From the sequence record MN871445.1: 64,000 nucleotides of DNA, one strand, 5' to 3'. Positions 26,886 to 37,511 of this stretch are shown here, one piece after another. The notes beneath the pieces are model-generated. The model was not told where the DNA came from, ran no database searches, and was given only the letters and a program-made list of their open reading frames with translations. The translations under genes and the position numbers were made by a program. Numbering within the stretch: the first letter of the stretch is position 1; each line of letters starts with the position of its first letter.

Positions 26886-29258
26886 ATGAACCTCCAACAT
26901 ATCGCGGACATTGCATGGCAGTATCTTGGTACTCAGCAGCTTAACGAACATCAGGCCGCGTATGGTATTTTAGCAGAAAATGGATTTAACAATCCGGCGG
27001 CATATAGCCTGGTCGATACCTGGAATGAGTTGTATAACTTCTGGCGTGCAACTCGGGCACATGAGTTCATCAACAATGATGGCGCACTGCAAGAAAATGT
27101 CAACACCACTGTGATGATGTGTTTTCTGGCGCATCAGGTGTCCAAGTATCCCAATCTTCAGCAAACGCTTACGCAACAGGCTGCCGATACTTATAACCAG
27201 TGGTTATCATTATCGACCCAGCTGGAAGCTGAGATGGACTCGTATTACCGGACACCGCAAATGCGGGGCTATCAGCAACAGCCCAACATGTACCAGACCC
27301 AACCACAACAGAATTATGTTGACCCCAGATTCCAACGTGGAATGTCGCCGGCCCAATTCGCCAATCGGCAATATTCAGGGTATCAACAGCAGGGGTATAC
27401 CCAGCAGCCGAATATGTATCAACAAACATATCAGCAGCCGACCCCCCAACAGCAGCCGGCGTATCAGCGCCCAGCGGCACAGCCTGTGCAACAACAGTCG
27501 TATGTGTCCAATAACGGGAGAACGCATCATCGGTACGGTTCTTCCCAACAACAAGCACCACAACCAACCCATCAACCTCAACCAACAGGTCAGGCTACGG
27601 TGGGTCGTAAGTATGAAGCAAAAACGGCTCAACCGGTCCAGCAAAGCCAGCCAAACAACCCGCAGTACCAACGTACCCTGACTCCACAACAACAGCAACA
27701 TGCACAGCAAATGCACGATAGCTGGCAAGTCGAAGTTGCCAGTGCCCCGACAGCTACAATGAAAGGGCGTGATTTAGCTGAGGCCCGCCACGGTGATGTG
27801 ACTTCAGGCAGTTGGGATGGCGATGTCATTTCTGGGGACCATTCGTTTGATGCCATGGCCCCACTGTTTGAAGAACGTATTAGTTCTACCAATGGTGGCG
27901 CTCGTCTGACCTACGTAAATGCTGATGGTAAACCATTTACGATTGATGATTGGCGTAAGAAACCCGATCCCGATTTCCCGTATGAACTCGGTTATGCACC
28001 ACGCACCCATCGTCGGATAATTGCGTGGGACCACAAAAAAGAATGTTACATTCAACTTGTAGAGGAGCATGGTCAAGTGGACTATGATGCACACAAACAA
28101 CTCGAGGGTAGCGCCGTCGTACGTAAACGCACCTCTGCCGAACGCGAACGCAATCCGTTCGATCCGGCTGGAGCCAAAGTAACGACACTGGGTGGTGCTA
28201 TTGAAAGACGCCAAGAAATTATTGATCGGAGAGTGGCGGCCGCACAGGAGGCCTGGGCAAAACAGGAAGCGGAAGCCGCAGAAGCTGCAGAGAACGGGAA
28301 CGCATATGTAGCCCCGGATTTAATCCCGCCAGCAGATGTTGTCGAATCTACCCCACTTCCTGAAGAAACTCAAGACGAGATCGATGCAGGTAGCGGTAGA
28401 TTAGATAATGGCGTGCTAGATGCAGGTAGTTTGAAAAATGCCTACATCAGCATTGAACACGCACTCTACGGTCTGCGCGCTGGCAACGTCCTGGCTGACC
28501 TCGACGATAACCAGGTATCTTCAACCGAATTTGTTTTCCATGAAGTAACGCCGTTCATTCTTGATTGCGGTGATTATGATTTTGTTCGCAGTCAATTAAC
28601 TGAACTTACCCCGGAAAGCAAAATCAGAACGTTGCTGGATATCCCAGTCCATCTCAAAAAGATCGCCAAATTGGTGCCTCAGGAACTCTGGACCAAATAC
28701 AACGATCAAGCAACGATCTACATCAACAGCATTTTGGCTAATGAGCTGAATCTGGAAGGCGTTAGCATCGATAACTTTGCCGATGACCTGGCGGAACTTC
28801 CGGGCTACCTCAAATCCAAATATCCTGCCGCACTGGAGGCGTTGACAAAGAACGGCGGTAAACTGTTCCGTAATCTGATGTGTATTCTGCCGGCAGTCAC
28901 CATGGAATCTTACGAGAAAATCGCTCGTAATCTCTACGGCGACCAAACTGAGCAGCTCAATGAACGTTCTGTATTCCTGGCCCGTAAAGTTGCCGTAGCT
29001 AAGGTAAAAGCATCCACAGAGCAGCTGGGTCTGTATAGTGACAGTCGTTCATGTGCGGTGACTGAAAAATCCCATCCGGAATTGTGGCATATGCTGGGTG
29101 GTATTCTGTCCCGCAACGCAGAACGCATCGAACGGGAAGAGTTTGATGGGGCTGCGCAATATCTGGTCACCTCAGATAACGCTCTGTTTACCATCCATGA
29201 AAACTGGCTGAGCGATGATGTTGACACCATTATCGTTCGTCGCCAGCGTGTTCTTTAA
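26886..29258 (+). CDS. Large hypothetical protein with Q/P/Y-rich low-complexity domain
   Basis: 790 aa; residues about 120-278 are prion-like, flanked by apparently folded regions. Confidence 0.8.
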   Translation: MNLQHIADIAWQYLGTQQLNEHQAAYGILAENGFNNPAAYSLVDTWNELYNFWRATRAHEFINNDGALQENVNTTVMMCFLAHQVSKYPNLQQTLTQQAADTYNQWLSLSTQLEAEMDSYYRTPQMRGYQQQPNMYQTQPQQNYVDPRFQRGMSPAQFANRQYSGYQQQGYTQQPNMYQQTYQQPTPQQQPAYQRPAAQPVQQQSYVSNNGRTHHRYGSSQQQAPQPTHQPQPTGQATVGRKYEAKTAQPVQQSQPNNPQYQRTLTPQQQQHAQQMHDSWQVEVASAPTATMKGRDLAEARHGDVTSGSWDGDVISGDHSFDAMAPLFEERISSTNGGARLTYVNADGKPFTIDDWRKKPDPDFPYELGYAPRTHRRIIAWDHKKECYIQLVEEHGQVDYDAHKQLEGSAVVRKRTSAERERNPFDPAGAKVTTLGGAIERRQEIIDRRVAAAQEAWAKQEAEAAEAAENGNAYVAPDLIPPADVVESTPLPEETQDEIDAGSGRLDNGVLDAGSLKNAYISIEHALYGLRAGNVLADLDDNQVSSTEFVFHEVTPFILDCGDYDFVRSQLTELTPESKIRTLLDIPVHLKKIAKLVPQELWTKYNDQATIYINSILANELNLEGVSIDNFADDLAELPGYLKSKYPAALEALTKNGGKLFRNLMCILPAVTMESYEKIARNLYGDQTEQLNERSVFLARKVAVAKVKASTEQLGLYSDSRSCAVTEKSHPELWHMLGGILSRNAERIEREEFDGAAQYLVTSDNALFTIHENWLSDDVDTIIVRRQRVL

Positions 29259-29264
29259 CATAAC

Positions 29265-29304
29265 GGCATAAAGGGAGAGGCTTCGGCCTCTCCCTGTTTA
29301 TGTT
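29265..29304. terminator. Bidirectional terminator, two-tier hairpin
   Basis: GGCATAAA-GGGAGAGGC-TTCG-GCCTCTCCC-TG-TTTATGTT between convergent genes. Confidence 0.9.
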
Positions 29305-29320
29305 GCCTTTTATTTTTTCT

Positions 29321-31885
29321 TTACTCTTCTGGGAAATTGAACCCACCCAGATCATCTTCGTCGTTTGTTTCTTTTGTTCCCGGCTCAGGCTCACCCTCAC
29401 CAAAACTACCAAAATCATCAGCGCCCGTGTCAGCCGGCGGAGTTTCAGATTCAGTACCGTTTTTGGTTGCCAGTTGTTTCATAACTTGCTGTACCACCAG
29501 AGAAATATTAGTCACTTTCTCCAATCTAGCAGCCATGAAATTATAACCCGGGTTATCATCGTCATTACCGATATTAACGAGTTTATAAAGCTCCGGCATG
29601 ATGTTATTTTGTATCATCCAGTCTACCGCATAATTATTTCTGAACGCCTGGTAAATGGCAGTGGCCTGCATTCCAGCTTCGGTCCCCAGCGTTTCGGTAA
29701 TAACTTGTTCATTAACATACAGTGGCAAGGTGACGTCTAACAATGCTAAGAAATCATTCACATCTTGCAGCTGTGTCGCTAAACGTGCGGTATCCATGGT
29801 TGGTAAAGTGAGCTTCAGAGAGTTAAGATAACGTTCCATGATTTCACTGTAACGGATCTTATCTTCTTCACGATAATAATCTTTCAATTTAGCCTTGTGC
29901 TTATCAATCGCCTCCTTCAGGCTCTCGAGTAAGAATCCATTCGATACGGTATAGATCTGCACCAAATATTTCATTTGTTTCAGAAGTATGGCCTGTTTCT
30001 GGGCTGACCGTTTAGCCAACAGCAGGTTACTCGAGAAGATAGTTGCAGCAAACTCAACACCCTGAGTAGCATCAATAATTTCCGGCGGGATACCAATACC
30101 CATAAACATCATATTTTTGATACTCGTGGACAACTCATTATCCGGACGAGCTAAAGACGATGTTGTTTCCGTGGTGGTTAGTTTCGTATTCGGGTATTGG
30201 GGGTGTCCTGAAATACTCCACGTAATACCCGCTTTTTGCAACATATCCAGCTGTGTTCTTGGGTCAGTAACCCCCAAAGGAAATGCCGAGTTCTGAGTTT
30301 TAGCAAACTCATGCTGGATGGTTTCAACCGTTTTCCACGGATCGGGGTCCTGCTCGTCAAGTAAGATCTCATTCTCGCGGCGCGGGATACTATTGCGGAT
30401 AGCCCCCTGAACATCAGCAAACAGTAGCAGGGAACGTAAAGCCCCAATGATTTTAGCATCGGACAGTAAACTTTTGCCCAACCCAGCATTGGTGTAATCA
30501 AAAGCAAAGTATGCACACTGCTCTACTGGGATGTACACGATGTTGGTACGCATATTCGCCAGAGAACGAGAAAGCATAATTGCATATGCAGAACGCTCAA
30601 CGTCTGCAAGTTCCACGTTCTCACCATGCAGCCCCCGCTTCAATCGAATTAACAGCTCTTTTTTCATGAGCTGACCATACGCGTGAAGTAACTGAAGACT
30701 ATCGTATTTATTGGCTTTTTCGTTTGGACCAAAATACGTTTTGACGTTTTCCAGGATGGTGCCGGCTTGGTTATTATAATTATCCATCGGACTTTGCATG
30801 TTCGATGTTAATTGATTATAATAATCCTGAGATGAAACTCGGGTAACCGGATTACCGTATTCATCGATTAATCCGAAATAACCCAAATGGTCCGTCGGAG
30901 AACCGGGGCGATGGATTGGAATCAGTGATTCCGAAGGCCAACGGATGACCAATGGATTACCTTTACTTTCTTTACCGCCGCCACGTGAAGAAATATTCAC
31001 TACCGGAGTAGTGACTGACCCACGGCGCGCAAATAAGGCAGAATCGAGAGCTTCCAATTCCTTATCCCGTTGATTATCCTCAACAGAGATCCTACCGTAA
31101 AGCCTGGTTTTTCGCAATGCGTCTGCACGTCGTTTATCGTGGAGTTTCGGCAGTTTGAGGTTGTCCAAGTTATCCAGAACTTGTAAATGGTCATCAAACC
31201 AAACCTTGGCTACGGCAGGCTGGGTTTCTGGAATAAGCGAATATGCCTCCAACGAAACCGTTGCTTTTGCAGCATTATTTTTTGCATCCTCCACACCAGC
31301 GTAGCCTGGACCTAAAATACCTACTGATTTTACGGTCATATCCGGGTTTAATGCAGCCTGATATGACTCTAATGAAATGTCCGTTTTTTGGTTGATGATG
31401 TCATCAAGACTAGATTCAGGAATAACCACCAATGGATAACTGCCGGTCTCAAATAGGGCTTGTTCACAAATTGGTAACAGTAAATCGTTAATTTTATAGT
31501 CCTGTGTGAAATGTTCCTTCATTACGTTGGTCAAATCACCAACGAGTTCTGGGGGTAGTTCACACTTATCTGAGGCCCATCCTAATTCGAATGTGGTTAA
31601 ATCCTTAGGAGCCACAATTAGGGACGTCATAATTTCTTTTGCCAAACCAAGGTCAGGCAAAATTTGCATTAGGTTATTGGTGTCGTCAATATCGGAAGCT
31701 TGTAATTTACTGATGCGTTCCAAGCTACCGTGGTCTGGAGCGATATCGGAACCTTGACTGGTTTGATTGGTTGAACCGCTACGCACCAAAGACGGGACCA
31801 TTTTTGTTGCGATGGCCTGTGCCAGTTTATTCTCCCTAAAAAAGGGGATTCTGGCAAATTGGCTCGTCAATGTACTATTAGACAT
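29321..31885 (-). CDS. Probable portal protein (phiKZ gp129-like)
   Basis: 854 aa; ILPDLGLAKEIMTSLIVAPKD, ALFETGSYPLVVIPE, WPSESLIPIHRPG; ISLE/VSLE processing sites; divergent from a large structural gene as in phiKZ relatives. Confidence 0.75.
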   Translation of the reverse strand: MSNSTLTSQFARIPFFRENKLAQAIATKMVPSLVRSGSTNQTSQGSDIAPDHGSLERISKLQASDIDDTNNLMQILPDLGLAKEIMTSLIVAPKDLTTFELGWASDKCELPPELVGDLTNVMKEHFTQDYKINDLLLPICEQALFETGSYPLVVIPESSLDDIINQKTDISLESYQAALNPDMTVKSVGILGPGYAGVEDAKNNAAKATVSLEAYSLIPETQPAVAKVWFDDHLQVLDNLDNLKLPKLHDKRRADALRKTRLYGRISVEDNQRDKELEALDSALFARRGSVTTPVVNISSRGGGKESKGNPLVIRWPSESLIPIHRPGSPTDHLGYFGLIDEYGNPVTRVSSQDYYNQLTSNMQSPMDNYNNQAGTILENVKTYFGPNEKANKYDSLQLLHAYGQLMKKELLIRLKRGLHGENVELADVERSAYAIMLSRSLANMRTNIVYIPVEQCAYFAFDYTNAGLGKSLLSDAKIIGALRSLLLFADVQGAIRNSIPRRENEILLDEQDPDPWKTVETIQHEFAKTQNSAFPLGVTDPRTQLDMLQKAGITWSISGHPQYPNTKLTTTETTSSLARPDNELSTSIKNMMFMGIGIPPEIIDATQGVEFAATIFSSNLLLAKRSAQKQAILLKQMKYLVQIYTVSNGFLLESLKEAIDKHKAKLKDYYREEDKIRYSEIMERYLNSLKLTLPTMDTARLATQLQDVNDFLALLDVTLPLYVNEQVITETLGTEAGMQATAIYQAFRNNYAVDWMIQNNIMPELYKLVNIGNDDDNPGYNFMAARLEKVTNISLVVQQVMKQLATKNGTESETPPADTGADDFGSFGEGEPEPGTKETNDEDDLGGFNFPEE

Positions 31886-31923
31886 AAGACAATAGCTCCT
31901 AAGGGTAATCGGAGGAATAACAC

Positions 31924-34602
31924 GTGTCCAGCACTTATCAGGAACTCTATCGCCAAGACATTTTCACGCTGGTGAGAACCATGGTTGTGAAAAGCGTTGC
32001 TACGGCGGAGGCCATAAACTCTGAATTAAGTGGAATGGGGTATGCGGTATCGTCAGATGAAACGACCTGGAAATACTACAAAAATATATCCGGGCAGTAT
32101 CATTCTACAGACACCCTAATGCAGGTGACATCTCTTGATAGTTTAGAGACCATTGATTTTACGGTGGAAAACCTAGCCATTAATGTGGCGACTAAAGAAG
32201 CCTACGCATATGGTTCTAGTTATTATACCAACCTCGTTTCTCAATATCCTTTACAAGAACAATTAATACTGGGCATTCTTAACCCAGTCGATATCGATAC
32301 CGCCATAGCGGCCGATGATAATGAAATCCTTTACTATGACCAGAATCTGGTTGAGCCCAACGAAACCAATTTAATACCTTCATTGCAGGCGTGGACAAAA
32401 GCATTCTTTTTAAGATGGGCCCACCCCGCTTACGACATGGTTGATGATTTATATCGTGCAGCAGTATTGGCACTTTACTGGTCGAAAATGCCCGTACAGA
32501 TTGAACTCATACGTTTGCGTAATTGCAAGACCAGATATGCACATAGTTTTCACATATGGACTTATCTGGAATCTAATGGGCATTTGAGGCCGTACAAAGA
32601 TTACCTTACCACCAAACAAGCATTGTGGTTGTATCGGAATGTTAATTACCTGCAGCTCAATGCTGGCAAGAAAGAGATTCAGTCAACCTTAATAGAACAC
32701 ATCATGACTGAACGAAACCTGCCAGTCGCGTCGTATGACTTGGCGCACGATATCACTGATTTTGAAGAACTGGAAGATTTGTTGCCAGCCATTACCATGT
32801 TGCGGTCTAGTAGAAACACCATTGACTCGACCACAAATTCAAACGCAGGGCAAACCGTTCAAGCCATCCTGAACAAAGAAATAAAACTCGCAAGAGATAA
32901 TGGCAACACACTCACGGATGATGAAAGTAGCATTACCTCCGACATGCAAACTTCGATCACAAGTCGATTGTCGACAAAGGTCCTAGAGTCCAACATGTTG
33001 GTATCCGACGCGGGTGACGTGTATCCGTATGCATCAGTTCTATGGAACGAATGGTTGCACAAAGGAGTGACCGGATACTACACAGCGAATATTCAAGTAA
33101 ACAACCCATCAACTGGCGACATTATGTCGATGACTCCGGTCGATGCATTTATTGTTTATTTGTATTGTTTCAATCGCAGTGTGGGTATCACCATGGATAC
33201 CATACCCGATGTGCCTGCTTGGCGAGTCAGAAAAATACCATTACCGACGCTGTCTGATTTACGAAAAATAGTTGATAGTGACTATGTCGATGATGATAAA
33301 CTGCAATGGATCTTAGATTCAAATGTAGTTATCACGAACATGCCGTCGCGCCAAAGCTTTTTTGATACCATGTTGTCCGTGCATGATGCTCAGACAAATC
33401 AGTACTTTTATTATTCTGAACACGAACACAAAACAGTGTATGGCCAATTGGAATGTGCGCTTAATGCCTGTTATGACACCGTGTTATGTGTATTAGACCC
33501 GCAACATCGCACCTTTGAAGAATACTTCACATTAAAGGGATGGGCATTAGATAATCTTAGCATTGATTATTACACCACCATCGCTGCCGATGTATTGAAG
33601 TATGCGACTGCCCAAGATTTAACCAACGCTAAGTCAGTCAAAGACATTCAGACCGCCATGCTGTCTCTAATGACGAAGATGTCGTCCTACTCTACGCAGT
33701 GGTTACAATCCATCAACGGAGATACGTTGAAGTTATCTGACGGCGCCAATCATCGCTTTGGTGATGATGCGACTCAGCTATTCAGTCATACTTATTTAAA
33801 AGGCAGTATACCTGAAATTATCGGACTTAAAACCGTAATCTACGATCGTGAAGAATTAGATATATTTGCTGATTCAAACATGGAAGATACAGCCTGGCTG
33901 CAAATAAAGGATTATGCCGAAGTAGATCCTGCACCAGACGTCACCTACGTGAGTCAAGGTTATGATTATAGTGCGGTTAGAAATCCAACACCATATGCGA
34001 AATTACGTATACAGGACCTGGTGGAAAAGTTACTTATTACCGACCTGCCGGGTTTAACGGTGACCCAATTGGAACCTATTGACCCAGACAATCCAGATAA
34101 TATCGATATCAATGATCTTATCCAGGTGTCTGATTTACCAGGATTGGTTTACCCGTTAGCATACCTCAACCCAGTCGATGAACTATCTGGATTGGTTATT
34201 CCGTTATCAAGTATGATAACCAACACAGTACTGGATGGTTTAGGTGTATCGTTAAGTTCTAGAATCACTGAGGTGGATCTTAATGGTCTTTCCATTGCAC
34301 TTAATTTGGAATTGCCAAATAACGTCCTCGATGGTTTGGGGTTAACTTTAGGTAGTCAAATCACCAAGACGGAATTGGATGGGTTGGATCTAGGCATTGC
34401 TTACTCTTTGGGCAATACTGTTTTGAATGGCCTGGGCATTTCCTTAGCGCAAGAACTGGCCACCACGGAACTCAACGGGTTAGGTATATCTGTAGCAGCA
34501 TCAATCACCGACGTCAATCTGGATGGTTTGGTGTTCCCAACGAATTACGGGGTGGGTAATGGACTCATTAACACGGTACTTAACGGTATCTTTATTCAAT
34601 AA
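31924..34602 (+). CDS. Virion structural protein (phiKZ gp128-like) with C-terminal 16-aa repeats
   Basis: GTG start after GGAGG; WKYYKNISGQYH and AHSFHIWTYLES conserved blocks; repeats at 34204-34539. Confidence 0.7.
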   Translation: MSSTYQELYRQDIFTLVRTMVVKSVATAEAINSELSGMGYAVSSDETTWKYYKNISGQYHSTDTLMQVTSLDSLETIDFTVENLAINVATKEAYAYGSSYYTNLVSQYPLQEQLILGILNPVDIDTAIAADDNEILYYDQNLVEPNETNLIPSLQAWTKAFFLRWAHPAYDMVDDLYRAAVLALYWSKMPVQIELIRLRNCKTRYAHSFHIWTYLESNGHLRPYKDYLTTKQALWLYRNVNYLQLNAGKKEIQSTLIEHIMTERNLPVASYDLAHDITDFEELEDLLPAITMLRSSRNTIDSTTNSNAGQTVQAILNKEIKLARDNGNTLTDDESSITSDMQTSITSRLSTKVLESNMLVSDAGDVYPYASVLWNEWLHKGVTGYYTANIQVNNPSTGDIMSMTPVDAFIVYLYCFNRSVGITMDTIPDVPAWRVRKIPLPTLSDLRKIVDSDYVDDDKLQWILDSNVVITNMPSRQSFFDTMLSVHDAQTNQYFYYSEHEHKTVYGQLECALNACYDTVLCVLDPQHRTFEEYFTLKGWALDNLSIDYYTTIAADVLKYATAQDLTNAKSVKDIQTAMLSLMTKMSSYSTQWLQSINGDTLKLSDGANHRFGDDATQLFSHTYLKGSIPEIIGLKTVIYDREELDIFADSNMEDTAWLQIKDYAEVDPAPDVTYVSQGYDYSAVRNPTPYAKLRIQDLVEKLLITDLPGLTVTQLEPIDPDNPDNIDINDLIQVSDLPGLVYPLAYLNPVDELSGLVIPLSSMITNTVLDGLGVSLSSRITEVDLNGLSIALNLELPNNVLDGLGLTLGSQITKTELDGLDLGIAYSLGNTVLNGLGISLAQELATTELNGLGISVAASITDVNLDGLVFPTNYGVGNGLINTVLNGIFIQ
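34204..34539 (+). repeat. Seven tandem 16-aa (48-nt) protein repeats, consensus L-x3-I-x4-L-[DN]-G-L
   Basis: LSSMITNTVLDGLGVS / LSSRITEVDLNGLSIA / LNLELPNNVLDGLGLT / LGSQITKTELDGLDLG / IAYSLGNTVLNGLGIS / LAQELATTELNGLGIS / VAASITDVNLDGLVFP. Confidence 0.9.
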
Positions 34603-34619
34603 CTTAGGAGGGCGACGCC

Positions 34620-35552
34620 ATGGCTAATCCATACGCTTACCCCTCTAGGGTGTTGGTGTATAGTTTAATCAATACCACCAACGGCACTCGTTACAATCCA
34701 ACGGATGTGGCTATTACAAACATCCGTGAAGATACCACGACGACCGATTTTAGGGATACAAAAGCGGACGTTGTGGGGGTAACTGAAGAAGGGTTTTCGG
34801 GGACAATAACGGTGAGGTATGCTCGGCTTGATGTAGCCGAAGTATTTGGATTAGTGACTAACCTGGCAGTTCGCTGGGAAGGGCAAACAAGTACGTTGGA
34901 GTTAATGGAATACATTAACTCGTTATACGGAACGAAATTTAATGAAGAAGATGTAGTCATTGAATATTTTAATCCCAATACCTTACCAATCACGGTCGCG
35001 GTGACAATGTCACCCACCTCCCCTGCATGGAAGGGCACTCTCAACGTCCAAGTGGTTCCGTTTAGTCAGGCATTAGCCGCCGGATTAACCAGCCGGACAG
35101 TGCAACCCTGGAGCTACCCTACGGGTCAAGTGGTTAAAACACAAGGCCCGCTATATCTTCGTCCGTATGATTTTGATTCGTATTGGGCCTTACTGCGACC
35201 CCTTCAAGTAGGGGTTCAGACAAATGCGATATCTCAATCCATAGCAACCGTAATCAACGGATTTGTCCCTATCACACATGCATGGACCGTGTCGATGCTC
35301 GCTACATCACACAACCTGACCAGTGATGTAGATGTCAACGGATTGCCGGCACTTTATATTGTTTATGCCGGTGCTCCTACGGCGACTTATACCCATCGGT
35401 TGGGTGTAGACCGAATTATCGTGATACGTTTATCAAATACGCTTTGTACCGATGTAGCCGGCTATTTAGTTATGCACTTCAGCGAACAATCCGTTGATTT
35501 AGATACCGTATTCTCCGTGAAATCAATCGGTCAGCTCGAGGTGGGATCATGA
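34620..35552 (+). CDS. Virion/tail-associated protein with shared N-terminal adaptor domain
   Basis: GFSGTITVRYARLDV...YGTKF...PAWKGTL domain shared with 35549, 38156 and 40297. Confidence 0.65.
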   Translation: MANPYAYPSRVLVYSLINTTNGTRYNPTDVAITNIREDTTTTDFRDTKADVVGVTEEGFSGTITVRYARLDVAEVFGLVTNLAVRWEGQTSTLELMEYINSLYGTKFNEEDVVIEYFNPNTLPITVAVTMSPTSPAWKGTLNVQVVPFSQALAAGLTSRTVQPWSYPTGQVVKTQGPLYLRPYDFDSYWALLRPLQVGVQTNAISQSIATVINGFVPITHAWTVSMLATSHNLTSDVDVNGLPALYIVYAGAPTATYTHRLGVDRIIVIRLSNTLCTDVAGYLVMHFSEQSVDLDTVFSVKSIGQLEVGS

Positions 35553-35995
35553 GTGGATATTCGGACATCATTGCAGCACTAAATGCAAAAAACTCGGCTA
35601 CGCTTGCCCAGCCCCTGACAACAACAAATGTTAGTCTTGGAACAATGGAGTCCATCAATACTGCAATCAGCAGCTATAACACAAGGGCGCCATTGACTCC
35701 AACTGTCGATGGTGGGTTTACGGGTGGTGGGGCATATGTAGCCTGGCGTAGGATAGACTTTGGTACGTTGTTCAAAGGAATCCCGATCAGCATCAAAGAT
35801 AGCGTCAGCACTACAGTCGCTGGACTAATACCCAGATTGAATGAAATGTACGGGTACACCATCGGCACCGATGATGTGGTTAACAATCTATTGCCTTCAC
35901 CTGCCGCGGGGCAATCTGCGGTAGTAACTATCACCGCATCCAGTACATCAAATAAATTCGTGGGTAGCTTCACCATCACCTACCGTAAAAGTTAA
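35549..35995 (+). CDS. Virion/tail-associated protein, adaptor domain only
   Basis: GFTGGGAYVAWRRIDF...YGYTI...KFVGSF; ATGA overlap. Confidence 0.65.
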   Translation: MSGYSDIIAALNAKNSATLAQPLTTTNVSLGTMESINTAISSYNTRAPLTPTVDGGFTGGGAYVAWRRIDFGTLFKGIPISIKDSVSTTVAGLIPRLNEMYGYTIGTDDVVNNLLPSPAAGQSAVVTITASSTSNKFVGSFTITYRKS

Positions 35996-35999
35996 CGTG

Positions 36000-36026
36000 G
36001 GGATGATATCATTTAGATATCATCCC
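36000..36026. promoter_or_regulatory. Perfect 11-bp hairpin between structural genes
   Basis: GGGATGATATC-ATTTA-GATATCATCCC; no T-tract. Confidence 0.5.
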
Positions 36027-36052
36027 TAATTAATAAAGGATTGGCAAATATC

Positions 36053-36913
36053 ATGGCTAAAGCAATTCAGCGTACGGTACTGGCAGCATCACTGTCTACC
36101 GCCAAAATTTTGGGTTTAGCGTACCCTTTGGTGCCTAATACCACTTTAAATGAAAAACTGTCTATTCAGTCCGGCGTAATTAGCTCGGACAGTACAGTTA
36201 CACCCACCTTAAAATATTGGGTAATTGGTGATGGCGGGCACAACATCACCTCGAATGGCTCAAGCCAACCTTACGTTACTCCGGTCCAACACCGACCATC
36301 TGATTTCGGCCTATTTAACCAGGTGCCGTTTGTGTTGCGTTTACCGGCAGATGACCTGACTGCTGCGCAACAAGCTAACTATGGGCTTCGTCGCGTAGAG
36401 ACGCATGGTGGTACTCAGTACGTGGCTTATTATGCAAAACGTCTCGATACCAGCACTACCGCGGTTACGCTACACAAAACCGTTATTGTTGACGGGGTGT
36501 CTACGACCACGACGTTTGTCCCAGATGAGTCGAATCTAAACCCAACGAAACCTGTGGTTACCAGTACCACCACCACTACGGCGAACGGTACTTATTTGTC
36601 CGCATCGGCGCCACTGACTATTACCTTCAGTGAATTTGATGCAACTGAGTTCTTAAATGTCGCCAAAATCCTTTATGGCGATGAAAATACCGCAGCTATT
36701 TCTGAAATTGCTTTAGTGACTGGTATCGATTTATCGGTGCCATTAACTAACTCCAGCTCCACGGCAAGCACTTTCAACGAAATCATCATGGCACAAATCT
36801 ATACGCATTTTAGTGCTTATTATGCGGTCGCTTTCGCTGAGCAGGGCTTTGAATTCACCGTGGATGTTGGCCACACTGAGCCATTGGCTGCTGAGGGTAA
36901 TGTGAGTGCCTAA
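36053..36913 (+). CDS. Virion structural protein (phiKZ gp139-like)
   Basis: TLNEKL...PTLKYWVIGDGGH...VPFVLR...YYAKRL...ISEIALVTG; alternative TTG start at 36041. Confidence 0.65.
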   Translation: MAKAIQRTVLAASLSTAKILGLAYPLVPNTTLNEKLSIQSGVISSDSTVTPTLKYWVIGDGGHNITSNGSSQPYVTPVQHRPSDFGLFNQVPFVLRLPADDLTAAQQANYGLRRVETHGGTQYVAYYAKRLDTSTTAVTLHKTVIVDGVSTTTTFVPDESNLNPTKPVVTSTTTTTANGTYLSASAPLTITFSEFDATEFLNVAKILYGDENTAAISEIALVTGIDLSVPLTNSSSTASTFNEIIMAQIYTHFSAYYAVAFAEQGFEFTVDVGHTEPLAAEGNVSA

Positions 36914-37511
36914 CTATATTCCTTATCACGTTATCGTGAAAGAGGAATGGGCATCCACATACCGCATCGCGGCAATCGACCCAGGGAGCGATACCCTGGG
37001 TTTTACTATTATTGATATTGACCTTCGTACTGGGAAAATCATCGTAGTTTATTCAGATACGTATGAAGCCTCACGCCAGTTGCGTTACCTCAATCCGCAG
37101 TACGTCGAATCCGTAGGTAATATGCGCGCACGGTTTGAATGCCACGAGCGTACGTTAGTCAATCTCTTCAATCAGTTTAAACCGCATAGCGTTATCGCAG
37201 AATCCGCATTCCTGAAAAAGAGGTTTCCGCATAGCTTTGAATCTTTGACCATTGGTCTTGAGATGATACGTCGTGCACTTTATCAATATAACCCAACGCT
37301 TAAGTTAAAAACAGTAGAACCTACCGCAGCGAAAAAAGTCGTTATATTAAAAGGCGATCCTTTTAATGATAAAGCATCTGTACGTCGTGGTGTTTTAGCT
37401 TACCCTGAACTCCATTGGGAAATCGACTCATCCCAGTTAGATGAGCATGCTTTTGACTCTGTTGCTATTGGTATTTATGAAGCGTTATCCGTCATCGGAG
37501 AGTTTGTATGA
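36906..37511 (+). CDS. ruvC: RuvC-like Holliday junction resolvase
   Basis: AIDPGSDTLG, VIAES, DEHAFDSVAIG acidic motifs. Confidence 0.85.
   Translation: MPNYIPYHVIVKEEWASTYRIAAIDPGSDTLGFTIIDIDLRTGKIIVVYSDTYEASRQLRYLNPQYVESVGNMRARFECHERTLVNLFNQFKPHSVIAESAFLKKRFPHSFESLTIGLEMIRRALYQYNPTLKLKTVEPTAAKKVVILKGDPFNDKASVRRGVLAYPELHWEIDSSQLDEHAFDSVAIGIYEALSVIGEFV

Noticed and set aside
29300-31857. Short ORFs antisense or alternative-frame to the portal gene
   Set aside because: No SD, atypical composition, fully nested in a long coherent gene.
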